A stretch of DNA of 64,000 nt, from NCBI RefSeq assembly GCF_003704095.1, contig NW_020844271.1, positions 1 through 64,000 on the forward strand. The letters are read 5' to 3'. This stretch comes from Pocillopora damicornis (Eukaryota). Positions 62,144 to 64,000 of this stretch are shown piece by piece. The notes under the pieces were generated by a model that was given only the letters and a program-made list of their open reading frames with translations, was not told the origin of the DNA and did no database searches. Position numbers and translations under genes: made by a program. Position 1 is the stretch's first letter. Every line of letters begins with the position of its first letter.

Positions 62144-63771
62144 ATGTCTGTACAGAAGCTAAAGAAATCTCAGAAAGATATTGCTGTATCAAATGGATCA
62201 GTGTCTGCGGTAGTGAAAAAGGCTTTCAAGAAAAATTCCAGTTGGGAAGATAAGGTAGGTTAATAAATTTACTTGCGATTGGTAAAATTCTGCAAGTGGA
62301 GATTGATCATTTAATTAATTGTTATACCTCTTACGTTTGTTGTTAAAAGATGATTTATTACTTCTTATTTTAAGTAATATCCCTTCCACAGTTTGCTTAC
62401 AAAATGCTATTTGGAGTCCTTACTTGTGCATGTAATTAACTGCACGAACAAGCCCAGCTTAGCATAGTCAAATATTGCATTTGATTTTAGCAATTTAGAC
62501 GACAATTTCTCGAACGTACTAAACACATCATGGCGTAACCATCAAAGCTATGTATAGCATTTGCGTATTTAGATTGAGAACATAATATTCTTATTCGACA
62601 CTGGTCAGTTTGTTCAGCTACTTGGATTACGCATTTGCAACAAGAACCTGCTTGGGTAGTGTGGAGGGGAGGGAGGGAGGGGTAGTTCTCTTCCTTGGGT
62701 GCCTTACATCCAGGAAAAAAGTTCAACATTTCTGGTCTGAAAATCAGTGGAACAGGAAAGTTTCTGGTGAAAGCTACTAGTTATCTAGAAATTTCTGAAA
62801 TTTTCTGTCCCATTGGTAATTTCAGTCTCCTGCATATGCAGCTGTATCAGTGGGTGACTTGACTTTTGTCAACAAATTAGGACTTTTCCCAGAATAAAAG
62901 TGGGACCCATGGCTTTTAAAGTCATTGCATTCATATATTCAAAATACAGTTAAAAGGACTACTATTGAGAATGAGATGCATTTTACACACAGTATGCATC
63001 AATCTAAAGCTCATGGTTTTGAAGTTCTCGGACTGCCTCCCTTTGACAAAGTAAATTTTCCAAAAGCATATCAAGATCTTTTGTCAATAGGAAAGTGCCC
63101 CTTGTTAATCTGGCTGATCTACATTCAAAGATTAAAGAAACCTGGATAGTTACACGAAGGCTGATGTAAAAACCAGATCATGCTTTGTTCAGTGAAAATG
63201 TTTTTGTCTTCCAAGCAACCCTGTCCTTACTTTTCAATGCTGAGGAGGAGGAGGAGGAGGAGACATGGCCAAGTGGTTAGGGTGCTGGACTTGTATTCTG
63301 GTGGTCTCAGGTTCAAGTCCTTCACCCTGCCATTTACTGGATTTGTTCTTGGTTGCCCTGAGTTCAACTCCTTGGTGGCACCATGTTAATAGCCAAGTGG
63401 TCTGCCTCCTGCTAGTTGGGATTCTCAAGCACTTTGTATTTGTTTCAGTCACTGTAAAGCAGTATTGGATAGTGATAGAAATGGCGCTATTTATAAAGTA
63501 TTATTATCACTATACAATGAAATTTTGTGTAACACTTGGGACAGAGACTAAGAAAGGCAAGAAAATTCCCATCACCTAAACTTTTGACAGCAATTGTAGA
63601 AAACATCTTTGTGATATTAATATAAAGGTACTTTACCAAGTCACTGATCTTTCTGTTTTATCTTCAGGATGAATTCCTTGATGTAATATACTGGTTTAGA
63701 CAAGTGTTAGCAATTATTTTAGGCATTATTTGGGGTCTGCTACCTTTGAAAGGAATCCTTGCTATAGCACT
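62144..63771 (+). CDS. RAB5IF: RAB5IF/OPTI (C20orf24; Rab5ip/EMC6 family), exons 1-2; gene continues beyond the window
   Basis: Exons 62144-62254 and 63668-63771: ...SSWEDK|DEFLDVIYWFRQVLAIILGIIWGLLPLKG, the hallmark WEDKDEFLDVIYWFRQ motif. Confidence 0.9.
63260..63430 (+). mobile_element. tRNA-derived SINE in RAB5IF intron 1
   Basis: tggccaagtggttagggtgctggact (A box), aggttcaagtcc (B box), core taatagccaagtggtctgcctcctgctagttgggat. Confidence 0.75.
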
Positions 63772-63867
63772 GTAAGTTGCTAATTGTCATTTTGCATTTG
63801 TTGTCTTTATTTCTCATGAAATGTTGAACAAAATCAGTCTAAAAATTTTAAATGGTGCTATCCTGGG

Positions 63868-64000
63868 TTAACCCTTTAACTCCCACAAGTGACCAAGACA
63901 GAATTTCTCCCTACAATATCCATACAATATCAACCAGATAAGTGATGAGAATGAAGGAAAATATCAATTTGGGGACAATCAGTTGATCCAATACTAAATT
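63868..64000. mobile_element. TTAA piggyBac-type MITE truncated by the window end
   Basis: ttaaccctttaactcccacaagtgaccaagacagaatttctcc, as in the other copies. Confidence 0.85.

Overview
Eukaryotic, intron-containing, AT-rich genomic DNA with several N-gaps. The repeat families and gene styles suggest an anthozoan or stony coral (inference). Genes reconstructed by hand from splice signals: a partial secreted PAN-domain gene (-, across a gap), an intronless class A GPCR (-), a secreted PAN/EGF/F5-8 type C gene (+), the RING E3 ligase ZNRF1/2 (-), two tandem intronless dermatan-sulfate-epimerase-like (DSEL) genes (-), a 17-exon TMX3 oxidoreductase (+), RPL13 (-) and the first two exons of RAB5IF/OPTI (+). 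Interspersed repeats include decayed Sola-like DNA transposase, DIRS-type YR retrotransposon, LINE and Penelope-like fragments, tRNA-SINEs and several MITE families, some nested. Highlights: (1) DSEL lies next to TMX3, as on human 18q22.1. (2) The DSEL pair arose from a tandem duplication that also copied the TMX3 5' end, with the junction at the second DSEL stop codon. (3) The DSEL copies look homogenised by gene conversion except in patches near catalytic motifs, and both have Gln at a metal-ligand His position. (4) TMX3 has a CGYC active site and a frame-required GC-AG intron. (5) RPL13 and RAB5IF share a compact bidirectional promoter. All identifications come from motif recognition; no searches were run.
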